A DNA stretch of 61,467 nt, filler included, from Basidiobolus ranarum (lineage: Eukaryota): NCBI GenBank assembly GCA_040143965.1. It is 14 parts of 14 records of this genome, joined end to end, with 100 filler letters (N's around TTAATTAATTAA, not from the genome) between each part and the next. Parts side by side here need not be neighbours in the genome. Positions count along the whole stretch, not along the records: positions 22,037 to 26,338 come from JASJQH010002023.1; positions 26,439 to 30,735 come from JASJQH010002024.1; positions 30,836 to 35,131 come from JASJQH010002025.1; 11 more parts are not named here. One strand, given 5' to 3'. The notes under the pieces are model-generated. The model saw nothing but the letters and a program-made list of their open reading frames with translations, made no database searches and had not been told where the DNA came from. Below, piece by piece: positions 23,239 to 35,231 of this stretch. The number at the start of each line of letters is the position of its first letter. The stretch's first letter is position 1. A program made the position numbers and the translations under genes.

Positions 23239-24994
23239 ATACACTACCATGGCAAATGGGTCGAGAGTTCACCATCCATTTCATTAAAGTCTAGTCAACC
23301 TTCCTATGACTACACCACAATAACTCTAATTGATCCACCGTTGAGCTTATTTGAGTCGCAAATTTAGATACTGGAATTCATTTATTGAATAAAATTCGGT
23401 CCTGGCAATCTTTGGCCAGTAGCTACCGGTATATACAAAACCACACTTTAAAACTTGAAATCTACTGAATATATCAGGTTAACATGAACTTGAACGGGAT
23501 TTGTCTTATTAGTCATCCACCCATGAAACTCAGCCGACATTTGAATATTTCTTTATCTATGAAGGAGCCATGCACTGCGTATTCAAGTGACGATTCTTTG
23601 GGCTCGTTTTGGCCCCCAAATAGATCAACAATAAGGTTAATTCTTTTCTGGATGTCTCGTTCATATTAAGACGGATCTAGGGGATATGATTGCCTACCCT
23701 TGAAACCTTCCTAGTCAAGATTTACCATACATATACTGTTACCGGATATTACCCTTTAGAGTGTTAATTACTATGGGGCACCTGCCTTGAGAGGTAGATC
23801 CCATGAAATTCCTTTTATTGGTGTGTTGAGTATGGTTAATCCATTCTACCTTAACCGCGGTGCTAGCCAGTAGAAGTAGTTCAAATGTTGACCATAGATT
23901 TGATCAATGGTTAAGTGATATCATAGAGCTAGTTCTCACTCATCTCAAAAATAAAATAAGTCTAAGAATAAAATACGTACTCACCCGTGTTGTTGCTTAA
24001 TATATGAATAACTCTTACTAGAAATCATCTTTATCAAAACTCTATTTTCTTTTGTTGCAAGAGGCACTCAATGTTTAGGCCCCCAAGCTCTTCATCCAAT
24101 TAATGTCGCCTCATTCCCTTGTAGATAACCATTGCATTGATAAATGTGAATACGGTATAGTATGTATATTGCAATATGAAGAGTATCATCTCCATTATAA
24201 CTACACTAAGATGGGGAATTTCCAGCTTACAAAGGGGATGTGTTTCGGATCTCATAAATATCAGGGATATTATAAGAGGCGACTATCATGTTTTTTCTAG
24301 CGGGGCTTTTTGAGGAGGAGCCATGAGTATCATTCTAATGATAAGCAAAAGGAGGATTTTCTTGTAAAGAGTTATAAAGAGAAGGGAGCTGAACTTCATG
24401 CATATCAACAAGATAAGGATTCGAATGCCGAGGAAATAGATCAACATGTGTGTGTCACCTCTGTTCAGAAATTAAACAGCCAGGCCTTCGGGATTTAACC
24501 TGGTTCGATTCCCACCAAGAGATATTACTTATGGGCATCATTTTCTTACTGAAAATCCATTTGAAGAGACCTACATCAACATGGATCAATATACTAGCAC
24601 AGGAAACTGATCAAATACTCGGGGGATACTATTCTCAAATCTTGAACTCAAGGATACACTACTTCAGCCAAGGAGAAGAAATCTATCCTTCAAGTGAGCA
24701 TATCATATTGGTTTGAACTATCTGAGATTGATGCTACCATTCAAGCCTATTTGTGGCCCAACAAACAGGACGGATCTATTGCTGCGTCTAGTAAGAGTTA
24801 TGATATGTCAGACTACAAAACGCATTCATGACTTCTGATCTCCAGAGTCAGTTAGAATCCCATTCAATTGAACTAATAGATATGGTGAGGTCATATGAAT
24901 ATATGTGCAGGTTTATAGCCAACTGTTACTACGTTTCAAATATTATAATAAAGATCGCTTTGCATAAAGGGCTCAGGATTGCGCAGTGATAAGA

Positions 24995-25414
24995 TCAAGG
25001 GATGTCAAGTGAGGGTGTAGACGTTGAGTTCGGTAGACTTTCTAACGCATCTGAGTAAGAAGGATCAGAGTCGTCACTTTCATCCAAAGGCGTAGATTCT
25101 TCCGATAGCTTCCAGCAATCTTTGCATCTAGCCATCTCGCGATACCTTCGTTGATTCTTATAGAACTCCTCAAGTGATTTCTCTTTTCCGCAAACGATAC
25201 AATGCATGTTCAAGTTCACTTTTGCGGTACACTCCTTACAACTAGGACGCTTCCGTTTGGCTTTGTATCCGAGACTAGAGTATCGGGATTTTGCCAATTG
25301 AGAATTTGAAAACTCCGCTCGAGCCTTACTCAATTTACAGCAGAAGCAGTATATCTGATTGGTTATTGATACGTCTGCAATCAATCTTTTGGGTACTGAC
25401 TTCTGTTTTCCCAT
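24995..25414 (-). CDS. Stc1-domain tandem zinc-finger protein (alternative ATG at 25474)
   Basis: CFCCKLSK...FSNSQL...CKEC, then CIVCGKEKSLEEFYKNQRR...ARCKDC, followed by an acidic Ser/Asp tail. Confidence 0.8.
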   Translation of the reverse strand: MGKQKSVPKRLIADVSITNQIYCFCCKLSKARAEFSNSQLAKSRYSSLGYKAKRKRPSCKECTAKVNLNMHCIVCGKEKSLEEFYKNQRRYREMARCKDCWKLSEESTPLDESDDSDPSYSDALESLPNSTSTPSLDIP

Positions 25415-26018
25415 ATTACGAATTATCTTTATTGTGGAGAAATGAGGCTTGCATTTATAACAGCTTGACCACATAAAGCTCTTCGCTTACAGATAAGCCG
25501 CTTGATTTCAATGAGATCTAAGAGTGTAACACACGAGCTTAATTAAGCATTGAATTTGACAGTCATCAGTGCAGGTGTGAATCACTGATGGTTAACATTT
25601 CCATTACGTGATACTTGTTAAAGGCGGGTGTGTTCAGAGCGGACACGTATGATTTCGCCTAAACATTATGGCCAAGTTAGCTTTACTCTCTGATGAAATA
25701 GTATAAAAAACGATCACGTGATATTGGCCATATGCAAGTTAATTGTTGATATCGTTTATTGATTCCATCACCATAACTCAAGCTTGAAGAGAGCGGAATG
25801 CCAAAGTCAGCCCAAGTCGAGAAGAGACTATGAACAAAATGAAGGGCAGCTTTGGTGCGATATTTTGGCTATCTATTGGGTGTCAATTAACGATTACGAG
25901 GTTCACCAATTATTGCCATACGTTTTCATAATGTTTGTTTGACTAGAAGTTGGGACAAGTCGGACAACACTAAAACGTAGTAGTGGGCCTTAAACATCGT
26001 TGCTAAGTAAAGCTCGCA

Positions 26019-26297
26019 TTAAAACAAGTATTCATTAACGTATTCAGTAGATTCGCAAAGGTCGTCCAAGTCCACTATTCTTTTGGAGAATACGTTTTGA
26101 GGTTTGTCGCAGTTGAGTCTATGCCAATCAAAGTGGTCATCGCAGGCAACAGAGCCAGGGATGTTTTTCAGACCTTGGCGTGACCATGTAGCATTGATAA
26201 TGTCATAGTGTCGATTGAAGAATTTTTCAACACATCCGGCACATTGCCTTAGCTCATGAACCTCCATTTCCTCGCAGGCTGGATTGCTACACTTAAT
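26019..26297 (-). CDS. Terminal exon of an unknown Cys/His-rich protein
   Basis: CTCAG acceptor, then IKCSNPAC...CAGC...CDDH..WHRLNC. CpG content is gene-like. Confidence 0.5.
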   Translation of the reverse strand: MKCSNPACEEMEVHELRQCAGCVEKFFNRHYDIINATWSRQGLKNIPGSVACDDHFDWHRLNCDKPQNVFSKRIVDLDDLCESTEYVNEYLF

Positions 26298-26929
26298 CTG
26301 AGACAATATTATAGCACAAATTCTATCGTATATCGTACNNNNNNNNNNNNNNNNNNNNNNNNNNNNNNNNNNNNNNNNNNNNTTAATTAATTAANNNNNN
26401 NNNNNNNNNNNNNNNNNNNNNNNNNNNNNNNNNNNNNNATGGGCTGTTTGGAGGAACTTTAGAAAAGTGGAGTTGTGAATAGCTTTGTGAGATAATAATT
26501 TATTATCCAGAAATAAAGTATTTATACATTTTGATAGTAATGAAGAAAACAAACACTGGGGTTATGTTCAGAACATCTGTGGGAGTAAAATGAGCTATTT
26601 TAGGGCAATTTGGATGAGTTTGAAATTTCCAATATGGAACTGCTAATTCTCACATTATTCATATATATATACATATATATTCTAATTTTCAGTTTAGTGA
26701 TGTTTGACTAAGTAATGATAGATAACTTATATGTGATATATGAAATAGTTGGGTGTATAAAGATAGCAATAACAAATATGATAAAGACAATAAACTTTAA
26801 CATAAACTTCCAAATTTAGCATTCTTCCAAATGGTGTACTTGTTTCATGGTAAAATTAAGCCCTTTTGCCAGTATCTTTGCTGGCAGATTAGACTCTGGA
26901 GATACAGATATTTGTAATGGTGAAGAACC

Positions 26930-27740
26930 AGACAAGTGGGACAGTAGAGCCTAAGCTCACTGGCTCCTTTGCTTTTCCCTTGAGCTTACTAACTTCCTGC
27001 TCATGATGTACTTCTTTAGCTGCTTTACATTTGTTTGCAAGTTGATAGTTGCACATATTTTTTAGATGTTTCATGAGTAGGCCTAAACTGGCCAGAATAT
27101 GTCACACAAAATAAGTTAGAAACTTCAGATTAATGCCTGATTGTTGTCTTTTCCACAATTGGCCTAAATTGAGGTGATTTTAGGCATGATTCAGTACAGT
27201 ACAGCTACAATGTTAAACCATTCACCATCTAAGCAAGTGATAGCAACTCCAGCATTTAGATTCTTTTGGATTGCTAGTCTTCCTATGATACTTTTACTTA
27301 CATGTGCCCAAGCAATTTTGGGTTCTTGAAAAGGCTTAATGGTTCATCAAATATTCTGCTTTGCTAAATTACCAAGATGAGGTTCATATATATGGCATTG
27401 GATTGATTGGAATCACATATGAGAAAGTACAGAGAGAGCTGCATGTAGCTGAAGCTCAAGTATAGCATTCTGAAGGTCTTATAGCTATGTTGAGGGACTC
27501 TTCAGCTGATGACTAGTTGCTTCAAATTGCTGCATTAATTGCAGTATTGCACCATTATTTCTTGCCATTGCTTGTATAGCAACTTGGTGAGTTTTCACTT
27601 ATGAATGCATACAAATTATTAATATGTTCTGCATTAGATTCCCTTGTTGTAATAATTCTAACCATATTGTCTAAGAAGAACTGTATAATTGTTGACAAAG
27701 TAGGCCTTTTGGAAGTTAATAGTCTTGTTGGTGTTTCTGT
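26930..27740 (-). mobile_element. Second copy of the unclassified repeated ORF element
   Basis: Colinear with 3490-4311, e.g. GATCCCTTGTTGTAATGATTCTA versus GATTCCCTTGTTGTAATAATTCTA. Confidence 0.75.
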
Positions 27741-28149
27741 TGAACTTTGATCAACTATTGCTTTTCCACATAATTGGGGGATTAGAATCTGTTCATTTGC
27801 CCTATTGCTAAAAAGGAAAACACCAGGTAAATTGATTAATCCTTCATCATTGCTTGAGGAGCAGACTTCTTGATGAAATGGGCTTGAATTAGGCTAAGTT
27901 GGTGGGGTTGCAGTGGGAAGTATTTTATTGGCCAAAGGCCTCATCCCCTTCTTTAGGCTGATATTCTGCTCTACACAATAAGGTATCAGGCTTTACTTGC
28001 TGGCTACCTGGTTGATATGTACCAACAAAATCAAAATTTGGAAGAAATAATGGTCATCTTGCTTGATGGTGGCCAAGAACTTGGGTTGTACTAAAGCACT
28101 GAAGATTCTTTTGATCACAATAGATAGTTATTGCATGATATGCTCCATC

Positions 28150-30180
28150 AAAGTATTGAATTAAATTGGACCAATTTAAATTTCTGAAGTTGAACATAGA
28201 GACCAGAGGATTTTCAACTTTTTCAGGACTTGGGAAAGAAAAAGATCATGTTCTTCATGAGAGTTTGAGAAGATCAAGATATCATCAAGGTTGAGTATCA
28301 CAAACTGGTTAAGATACTCTCTGAAGATAGCATTCATCACATGTTGAAAGACTGCAAGAGCATAGATAAGTCCAAATGGCATGACATTGTATTCAAAGTG
28401 TCCATAGTGAGTTCAAAAGGCAGTTTTCCATTGGTCTCCAGGTCTGATTTTTACAAGATTTTAAGCATCTATTAGGTGGATGTTTCTAAATACCTTAGCT
28501 TCAGCAAGCTGATCCAACAGAGAATCAACTAATGGCAAGAGGTACTGATTTTGACAGTGATGCTATTTGGGCCTTGATAATCAACATAGAGATGGAGGGA
28601 TCAATACTTGTTCTTATTGAATAAAATTAAGAGCCTGCTGGATACTTAAGATGTTGAATAAATGCTTTGTCCAGATTTTCTTCGGATATACTCTTTCTGA
28701 ATGCTTGGTTCTGGCTGGGGCAGCCCATAGATAAGCCTAAATATTGGTTGTTTTTGTTCATGTAGATATATGGAGCAATTACAAAGGTGGTGAGTTGGGA
28801 GTATATCAGATTTCTTGTTTTAAAGATATCAGCAATGGCTGAATTCTTTGGTGGAGCACAGAGACCATAGGTTTTGTTGATTTCAACTCCTCAGCATCAC
28901 TGTCTTTAGCTATTGGCTTCATAGAGGTTTTAAGCATTTGTGCTATGATGAGTTGAATACTTTGCATATGGCAAATATGGGTTAGGAGGAGGAACTTGCT
29001 TGAACATGATAGTTTTCTTCTTCCAGTTGATGACTGGGTCAGGCTGCATGAGCCATGATATACCAAGGATAGGTGATTTGCCCAATGGCATGCCCATTAT
29101 TGCAGCTGGGCATTGAAGTTCTCCAATGGTTTGGGAGAGTAGGTGAGAGTTCTCTTCAACTTCCATATGGTTGATCTTAAATCCAAGGTTCTGTTTGGAC
29201 AGTTTCAGGCTGCATGTTCAGGGGCTCTACAATAGAGGCATAGTTTCTCTTGTTGTTGTTAATATTTCTCCTGAGCACTAAGCTTTCTGAATCAAGTTCC
29301 ATAAACTTGCTTTGGGTCATCTGCTTGAACTGCATTTTGGACCTGTTCCAATGTGCCAGGATTTATTGGGCCTTGGATCAGCATTTTAGAGTAACTGTAT
29401 TTGAAATTAAGCCGGCCTATGGGTGCTGGATAGTGCCAAATTGTCCTGCATGAATTTTAGAATACTTTATCTAATATGATATATACAGCACAATCTGGCC
29501 CTATCACAGGAAATAAGTCTTTTGTATTTGATGAGAGGGAGAGTACAAAGGAGCAAATTTCTTTGTTGTTGTCTTTCCAACAACTAGTTGTCACATTTTA
29601 CCACCTGATGGATAAAATCAGGCAAGGTCATTGGGTTGGCCAAAGTGAGTATTGGATCCTTAATATTTTCTTGAAATCCAAATTGGAACTGGCTGATAAA
29701 GGCTGATTCTACCCAATTGAGATCACAGGGAAGTAGGCAGAATTCTGCAGCAAAAGTTGCGGTAGGCTTTGAACCTTGTTTAAGTGCACTGAGCTTGATA
29801 GCTGAAGTCCTTTCCTTTTGTGCATTTCCAAATGTAGCTTCCAGTTCATCAAGGAAGGCAAGGTAGTTGGAAAGAAGCAGAGTTTGACTTTCTTTCAAAG
29901 CAGCAAACTAAGACAGAGTGGTTCCTGATCAATGTGTTCCCACTGGGCCTACTTTTGTTTGGTCAGAGGGGTATTGATGATGATATAGCTGGACCATCAG
30001 TTTTACTAGCTTGATAAAACCATGATAGTTTTGGCAAGTGCCATCAAAATGATTTGGTAAGGAGATCTTTGGCTAAGGAGTTAGATTTGAGTGATAGTTG
30101 GATGGAATAGAACTCTGTACTTGAGCAAAAGAAGCTTGAAGTTCTTGATTTCTATGTCAAGGCTGGGGATGGGCTTGCAT
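28150..30180 (-). mobile_element. Ty3/gypsy (Tf2/chromovirus-like) gag-pol remnant
   Basis: Gag LPNHFDG and LKQGSKPTATFAAEF, zinc knuckle CLYCRAPEH..NCP, protease end ILGISWL..PDPVINW, RT WKTAF*THYGHFEYNVMPFGL...NLDDILIFS. Confidence 0.92.
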
Positions 30181-30339
30181 GATATTTTCAATGGTGGGGG
30201 CTGGTGTAGAAATAATACTTACAATGTTTGGGGGAAGTTTTAAAGCCACAAGTTTCTCTAGCAATGATAATCACAATGCAATGTCCAATATTTGGTTGAA
30301 AAAATGATTGGCATATTAACAAAGGCATATGCTGGTAAC

Positions 30340-30698
30340 TGTTAAAGTATTTGAGAGCCTGTTGGAAGTGGTTTGGGGAATTAGAGGAATTGGTGGTTTT
30401 CACTTATTGGTTGATTGAGTAGAGAGTTGACATTTGTAGTTTTGTCAAGATGTAAACAAGCTAATGTGTAGAATTTGTTAAGGAAGGTCCCAGGAACATG
30501 TGTGCAAAGTTTGGGGCTTCTAGCACAAGTTTAAAAAATCTATATATCTGAGAACTTCCAAGCTGGTAAAAATATTCTAAGTAAATTCCAATTGAGAATA
30601 ATTGATAATATCTTAGTGAATTGTAAAATAACTAATTACTAAGTTATATATGACTATAAAGGTGTTTGGGCAATGGTAATTTCAACACTCTCCCTCAA
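30340..30698 (-). mobile_element. Full 3' LTR of family B (30340-30687) with upstream PPT
   Basis: Minus strand reads TTGAGGGAGAG then TGTTGAAATT...CTTTAACA. Confidence 0.9.
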
Positions 30699-30923
30699 CT
30701 AAATAGTCATATAAACTAATCCTAATAAAGGTCTANNNNNNNNNNNNNNNNNNNNNNNNNNNNNNNNNNNNNNNNNNNNTTAATTAATTAANNNNNNNNN
30801 NNNNNNNNNNNNNNNNNNNNNNNNNNNNNNNNNNNTCCCAGTTACTACCTGGTGTCTGTGTTACATTATTATATTTTCACTTCCAAAATTTATAATTAAC
30901 ACGGCCCTAAATGGGGGAAAAGT

Positions 30924-33900
30924 GAATATTCCCTGGAAACAGAATCAATTGAAGATAAGGATGAAGTATCCACTCAAAGGAAGAGGTGGCTATACTGTAC
31001 TTGGGGACTTACTTGGTGGGTGCCCACATTTTGTCTGAAGGCATGTGGAAAAATGAAAAGACCGGACATACAAATCGCTTGGAGAGAGAAAACTGCTCTG
31101 TGTATCATTATATTCTTCCTATGTCTTTTTGTCCTTTTCTTTTTGATATTCTTCGGTCAAATTATTTGTCCCAGGCAGTACGTATTTTCCGAAAACGAGC
31201 TAGGTGCATACAATACCAGAGATAATCCATTCGTTTCAATCAGAGGTGAAGTTTTTACGCTCAAGGATTTCAACCATCGTGGCGTAACTGGCGATGAGAT
31301 TATCAAGACATATGCTGGCAGAGATGTTGGACAACTTCTTTTTCCAGTCCAGGTGAGTTTTATGTGCGACGGCCGCGGAGAATATGGAATCAATCCAGCA
31401 GTTGTTTTGGAAAATTACACCGACTTGAATGCTCAATATCACGATTATCGATATTCCAAACTTGGCGAGAATATGAAGAATTTTTATCAAGATAATGTAA
31501 TGGCACTGCTGAGAGTCAAACGGTTGAAAGGCCAGATGGCACATGCTCCTGAAACTATAATGGATACTGCCAAGGGTCAAGACCGGAGATGGGCAATTAT
31601 TAATAATATGGTTTACGATTTGAACTCATATTCCCGTGGACAACGCTACGCTGTTTACCCACCGAATACGATACCCTCAGGGCCGATTGATTTGGATTTT
31701 ATGGACCCAGATCTGGTTACTTTATTTATTGTTAACAAAGGTGAAGACATCACTGAAAAGTTCAACAGGCTTTACTCCGACAACCCTATGCTCAAAGATA
31801 AGATGAAGGTGTGTCTACAAAATCTATTTTATGTTGGGGTAGTTGACAGCCGAAATTCTGCTCAGTGTAAATTCTCCAACTACATATTGCTGGCTTGCTC
31901 TATTTTCCTTGGATCAGTACTGTTCTTCAAATTCCTGGCCGCATTGCAATTGGGCACTGTTAGAGAGCCTGAAGATCAAGACAAGTTTGTGGTTTGCCAA
32001 GTACCGTGTTATACCGAAGATGAAGACTCATTGAGAAGGACAATTGATTCATTGGCTGTTTTGAAATACGATGACAAAAGAAAGCTGCTATTTATCGTTG
32101 CAGATGGAATGATTGTGGGCGGTGGGAATGACCGACCTACGCCACGAATCGTTCTAGATATTTTGGGCGTCGATCCAAGTATTGACCCGGAGCCTCTGGC
32201 GTACAAGGCCCTGGGAGAAGGTAATAATCAATTAAACATGGCTAAGGTATATACAGGGCTGTATGAATGTTCTGGACATGTAGTTCCTTTTCTAGTGGTA
32301 GCAAAAGTAGGAAAGCTCACGGAACGTTCAAGACCTGGAAATCGAGGGAAACGGGATTCACAACTCATCTTGATGCATTTCTTTAATAAGGTGCATTTCA
32401 ACAAGGAAATGTGTCCGTTGGAGTTGGAGATGTATCATCAAATCAAAAATGTGATCGGCGTGGACCCATTCTTCTACGAATTTGCATTGATGGTGGATGC
32501 CGATACCATCGTGATGAAGGATTCGTTGAAGCATATGATTGCATGCATGATACACGATACCAAGGTAATGGGGATTTGCGGAGAGACACAGTTAATGAAT
32601 GAAAAAGCAACTTTCATCACAATGATTCAAGTCTACGAATACTTCATCTCGCATCACCTCAACAAAGCTTTTGAGTCTTTATTCGGGTCCGTTACTTGCT
32701 TGCCCGGATGCTTTTGTATGTATAGATTCCGCACACCAACTAAAAACCAACCTTTACTAGTGGCCAACGAAATTGTTGATGACTATTCAGAAAATAAAGT
32801 AGATACCCTACACAAGAAGAACCTGCTGTCTTTGGGAGAGGATCGCTACTTGACTACTCTAATGTTGAAACACTTCAACTATAACAAGATGACATTTACA
32901 CCTGATGCGATATGTCAAACGAACGCGCCGGATACTTGGTCAGTTTTACTATCTCAGCGGCGTCGTTGGATCAATTCCACAGTCCACAATCTAGCCGAGC
33001 TTCTATATCTTGAAAGACTCTGTGGATTCTGCTGCTTCTCGATGCGCTTCGTAGTCTTCCTAGACTTACTTTCAACAATCATCATGCCGATTCAGTGTAT
33101 ATATCTGGGCTATCTTATTTACAAAGTAGTTTCCGAACCATCAACAGTTCCTTTGGTGTCTTTGCTTTTGCTCGCGTGTATTTACGGGTTTCAAGTTTTC
33201 ATATTTTTGATCAAACGACAATGGCAGCACATTGGTTGGATGATCGTCTACTTGCTCTCTTTACCTGTATTTAGTATGTTTCTACCGATATATTCATTCT
33301 GGCATTTTGACGATTTTAGCTGGGGTAATACTAGAGTAGTGTTAGGAGAAAAGGGACAAGTAGCACACGTATCGAATGAAGAGAAGTTTGATCCCGATTC
33401 CATTCCTTTAAAGAGATGGTCTGACCATGAGCAAGAGATATGGGAGGCAGGAACTGTAGCCTCCTACGAATCTAAAGAAAGTAGAGTTACCGCGAAAACT
33501 CATGACAGTCGAGCCACCTATACTTCCAAACTCTCTCGTGGCCCTGGTGAGTCACCTGTCACTTATACTAGTCCATCTATGTATACGGTGGGATATAGTT
33601 CCATCTATCCTTCTGGAGTTCCTTCAGCTAGCCCTTCAGTATATAGTGGGATACCTCTAGAGGGGTATATGACCGCAAAACCCAGAATATATGATTACGA
33701 ACGCTCATTATCTCCAGTACCTTCAGTATACCCAGGTCCTCCTGGAGGTTTACTTGCACATCGTGATTCACGTTCACGGGAGCGAATATCTGGAAGCTCC
33801 GGAATAGCGGAGCTAAAGCGTGGTGGATCTGCAGTGGATCTTCAGAGGAACTATCGTGGTAGTCAGCTTAGCTCTACTCCTTCGCTTTCACATCAAATGC

Positions 33901-34088
33901 AGAAAGGATATCCTAGTGATGAAGAAATCGCTGATGAAATTCGAGCTATTCTATCTAGCGCTGACCTGATGACAATTACGAAGAAACAAGTCCGCGATGA
34001 TCTCTCGGTGTACTTTAATGTAGATATTAATTTAAGAAAAGACTATGTGAATTCGTGTATCGGTTTGATATTGCAAGGGAAACTATAA
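30924..34088 (+). CDS. Division-2 chitin synthase (class V/VII-like: cyt-b5-like region, CS2 domain, DEK_C); 5' end unresolved
   Basis: AWREK, VPCYTE, ADGMIVG, NRGKRDSQ, MVDADT, LPGCF, LGEDRYLT, QRRRW, SWGNTR, C-terminal ADLMTITKKQVR. The frame is open upstream of the listed GTG (RKRWLYCTWGLTWW). Confidence 0.96.
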   Translation, partial: EYSLETESIEDKDEVSTQRKRWLYCTWGLTWWVPTFCLKACGKMKRPDIQIAWREKTALCIIIFFLCLFVLFFLIFFGQIICPRQYVFSENELGAYNTRDNPFVSIRGEVFTLKDFNHRGVTGDEIIKTYAGRDVGQLLFPVQVSFMCDGRGEYGINPAVVLENYTDLNAQYHDYRYSKLGENMKNFYQDNVMALLRVKRLKGQMAHAPETIMDTAKGQDRRWAIINNMVYDLNSYSRGQRYAVYPPNTIPSGPIDLDFMDPDLVTLFIVNKGEDITEKFNRLYSDNPMLKDKMKVCLQNLFYVGVVDSRNSAQCKFSNYILLACSIFLGSVLFFKFLAALQLGTVREPEDQDKFVVCQVPCYTEDEDSLRRTIDSLAVLKYDDKRKLLFIVADGMIVGGGNDRPTPRIVLDILGVDPSIDPEPLAYKALGEGNNQLNMAKVYTGLYECSGHVVPFLVVAKVGKLTERSRPGNRGKRDSQLILMHFFNKVHFNKEMCPLELEMYHQIKNVIGVDPFFYEFALMVDADTIVMKDSLKHMIACMIHDTKVMGICGETQLMNEKATFITMIQVYEYFISHHLNKAFESLFGSVTCLPGCFCMYRFRTPTKNQPLLVANEIVDDYSENKVDTLHKKNLLSLGEDRYLTTLMLKHFNYNKMTFTPDAICQTNAPDTWSVLLSQRRRWINSTVHNLAELLYLERLCGFCCFSMRFVVFLDLLSTIIMPIQCIYLGYLIYKVVSEPSTVPLVSLLLLACIYGFQVFIFLIKRQWQHIGWMIVYLLSLPVFSMFLPIYSFWHFDDFSWGNTRVVLGEKGQVAHVSNEEKFDPDSIPLKRWSDHEQEIWEAGTVASYESKESRVTAKTHDSRATYTSKLSRGPGESPVTYTSPSMYTVGYSSIYPSGVPSASPSVYSGIPLEGYMTAKPRIYDYERSLSPVPSVYPGPPGGLLAHRDSRSRERISGSSGIAELKRGGSAVDLQRNYRGSQLSSTPSLSHQMQKGYPSDEEIADEIRAILSSADLMTITKKQVRDDLSVYFNVDINLRKDYVNSCIGLILQGKL

Positions 34089-35231
34089 GCACAAGATACT
34101 TTCCTACCATAGACCTTCCCCTCTCATTACAGTGCTTTCCTTTATAGTAACTGTGACATTATGTCCACACTAATATAATTTGATTTTTATTACAAGTTGA
34201 ACAGAATGATTAAACTGTACAAATGAAGAACTCTCTGTACATAAACATGTACACTTTTATTGCAGAATTCAGATTAATGTAGCGATCGCAGCTAGAGCTT
34301 GGCGGCAGTGGCATGCCTATAATATATTGGCCACGTATAGCAATCGAGACGCAGAATGAGAGCTTATCTATTTCAAGAACCATTGCTCACATTGAAAGTA
34401 TACAAGTTGCCATGGGTTCAGGTCAGCGCACTCTCATACATTGGACAAGTCAGTAAAAAGCGGCTAGCTGATGTTGAGGTCACTGCCCAATCTTGGAATG
34501 CTTCCACAGACATTCATGGGTTATGGTGGGCTAAAAGATTTTTCCGCAATGCCATTATTGGAAGACCAATAACGATCAACCATTGATTCAGTTCTACAGG
34601 AATTAACTCCTTGAAATCCAAACACCCTTAGTCATGTTAAGCACTCCCATGGATTTATTATCCACGTTGACGAAACCAACTAATCGTATTACGCTATTCA
34701 GAGTTTTTGGAACACAGTAGGTATATTTAGCCAATGCTAGTGTAGATCAATGATTGAATAGCAACCAGACAGGCAACCAATACGAGAATAATCAAGCCTA
34801 CATGACTGAGACAGACGTATGTGAGGCCATCAATACCCTTTCCCTGAATCCATGATATTGCTAATAAGCAGATTTCTGTTGATAATCTGCAAGTCCAATA
34901 TGGGCAGCGTCAAGGGGATTTAAGAGGAGATCAACGACTCCTAACATTAGGTGAAAGGGGAACTTCGGTGATAAGCTGAGGACTAGATTGCAACGATTTG
35001 TCTGATTTTCAGTCCAATCTCGTTTGCAGTAATTCAGCGTCCATAACGACATTGATTTTGTGATTCATTGGGGCCTTCTCCTGGTAATCTACAGTGCATA
35101 CGAATCGGGGGCATCATCAGCATTTTGTATGNNNNNNNNNNNNNNNNNNNNNNNNNNNNNNNNNNNNNNNNNNNNTTAATTAATTAANNNNNNNNNNNNN
35201 NNNNNNNNNNNNNNNNNNNNNNNNNNNNNNN

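Noticed and set aside
24499-24517. GGTTCGATTCC B-box-like motif followed by ACCA
   Set aside because: The flanks do not form a T-stem and there is no cloverleaf; chance match.
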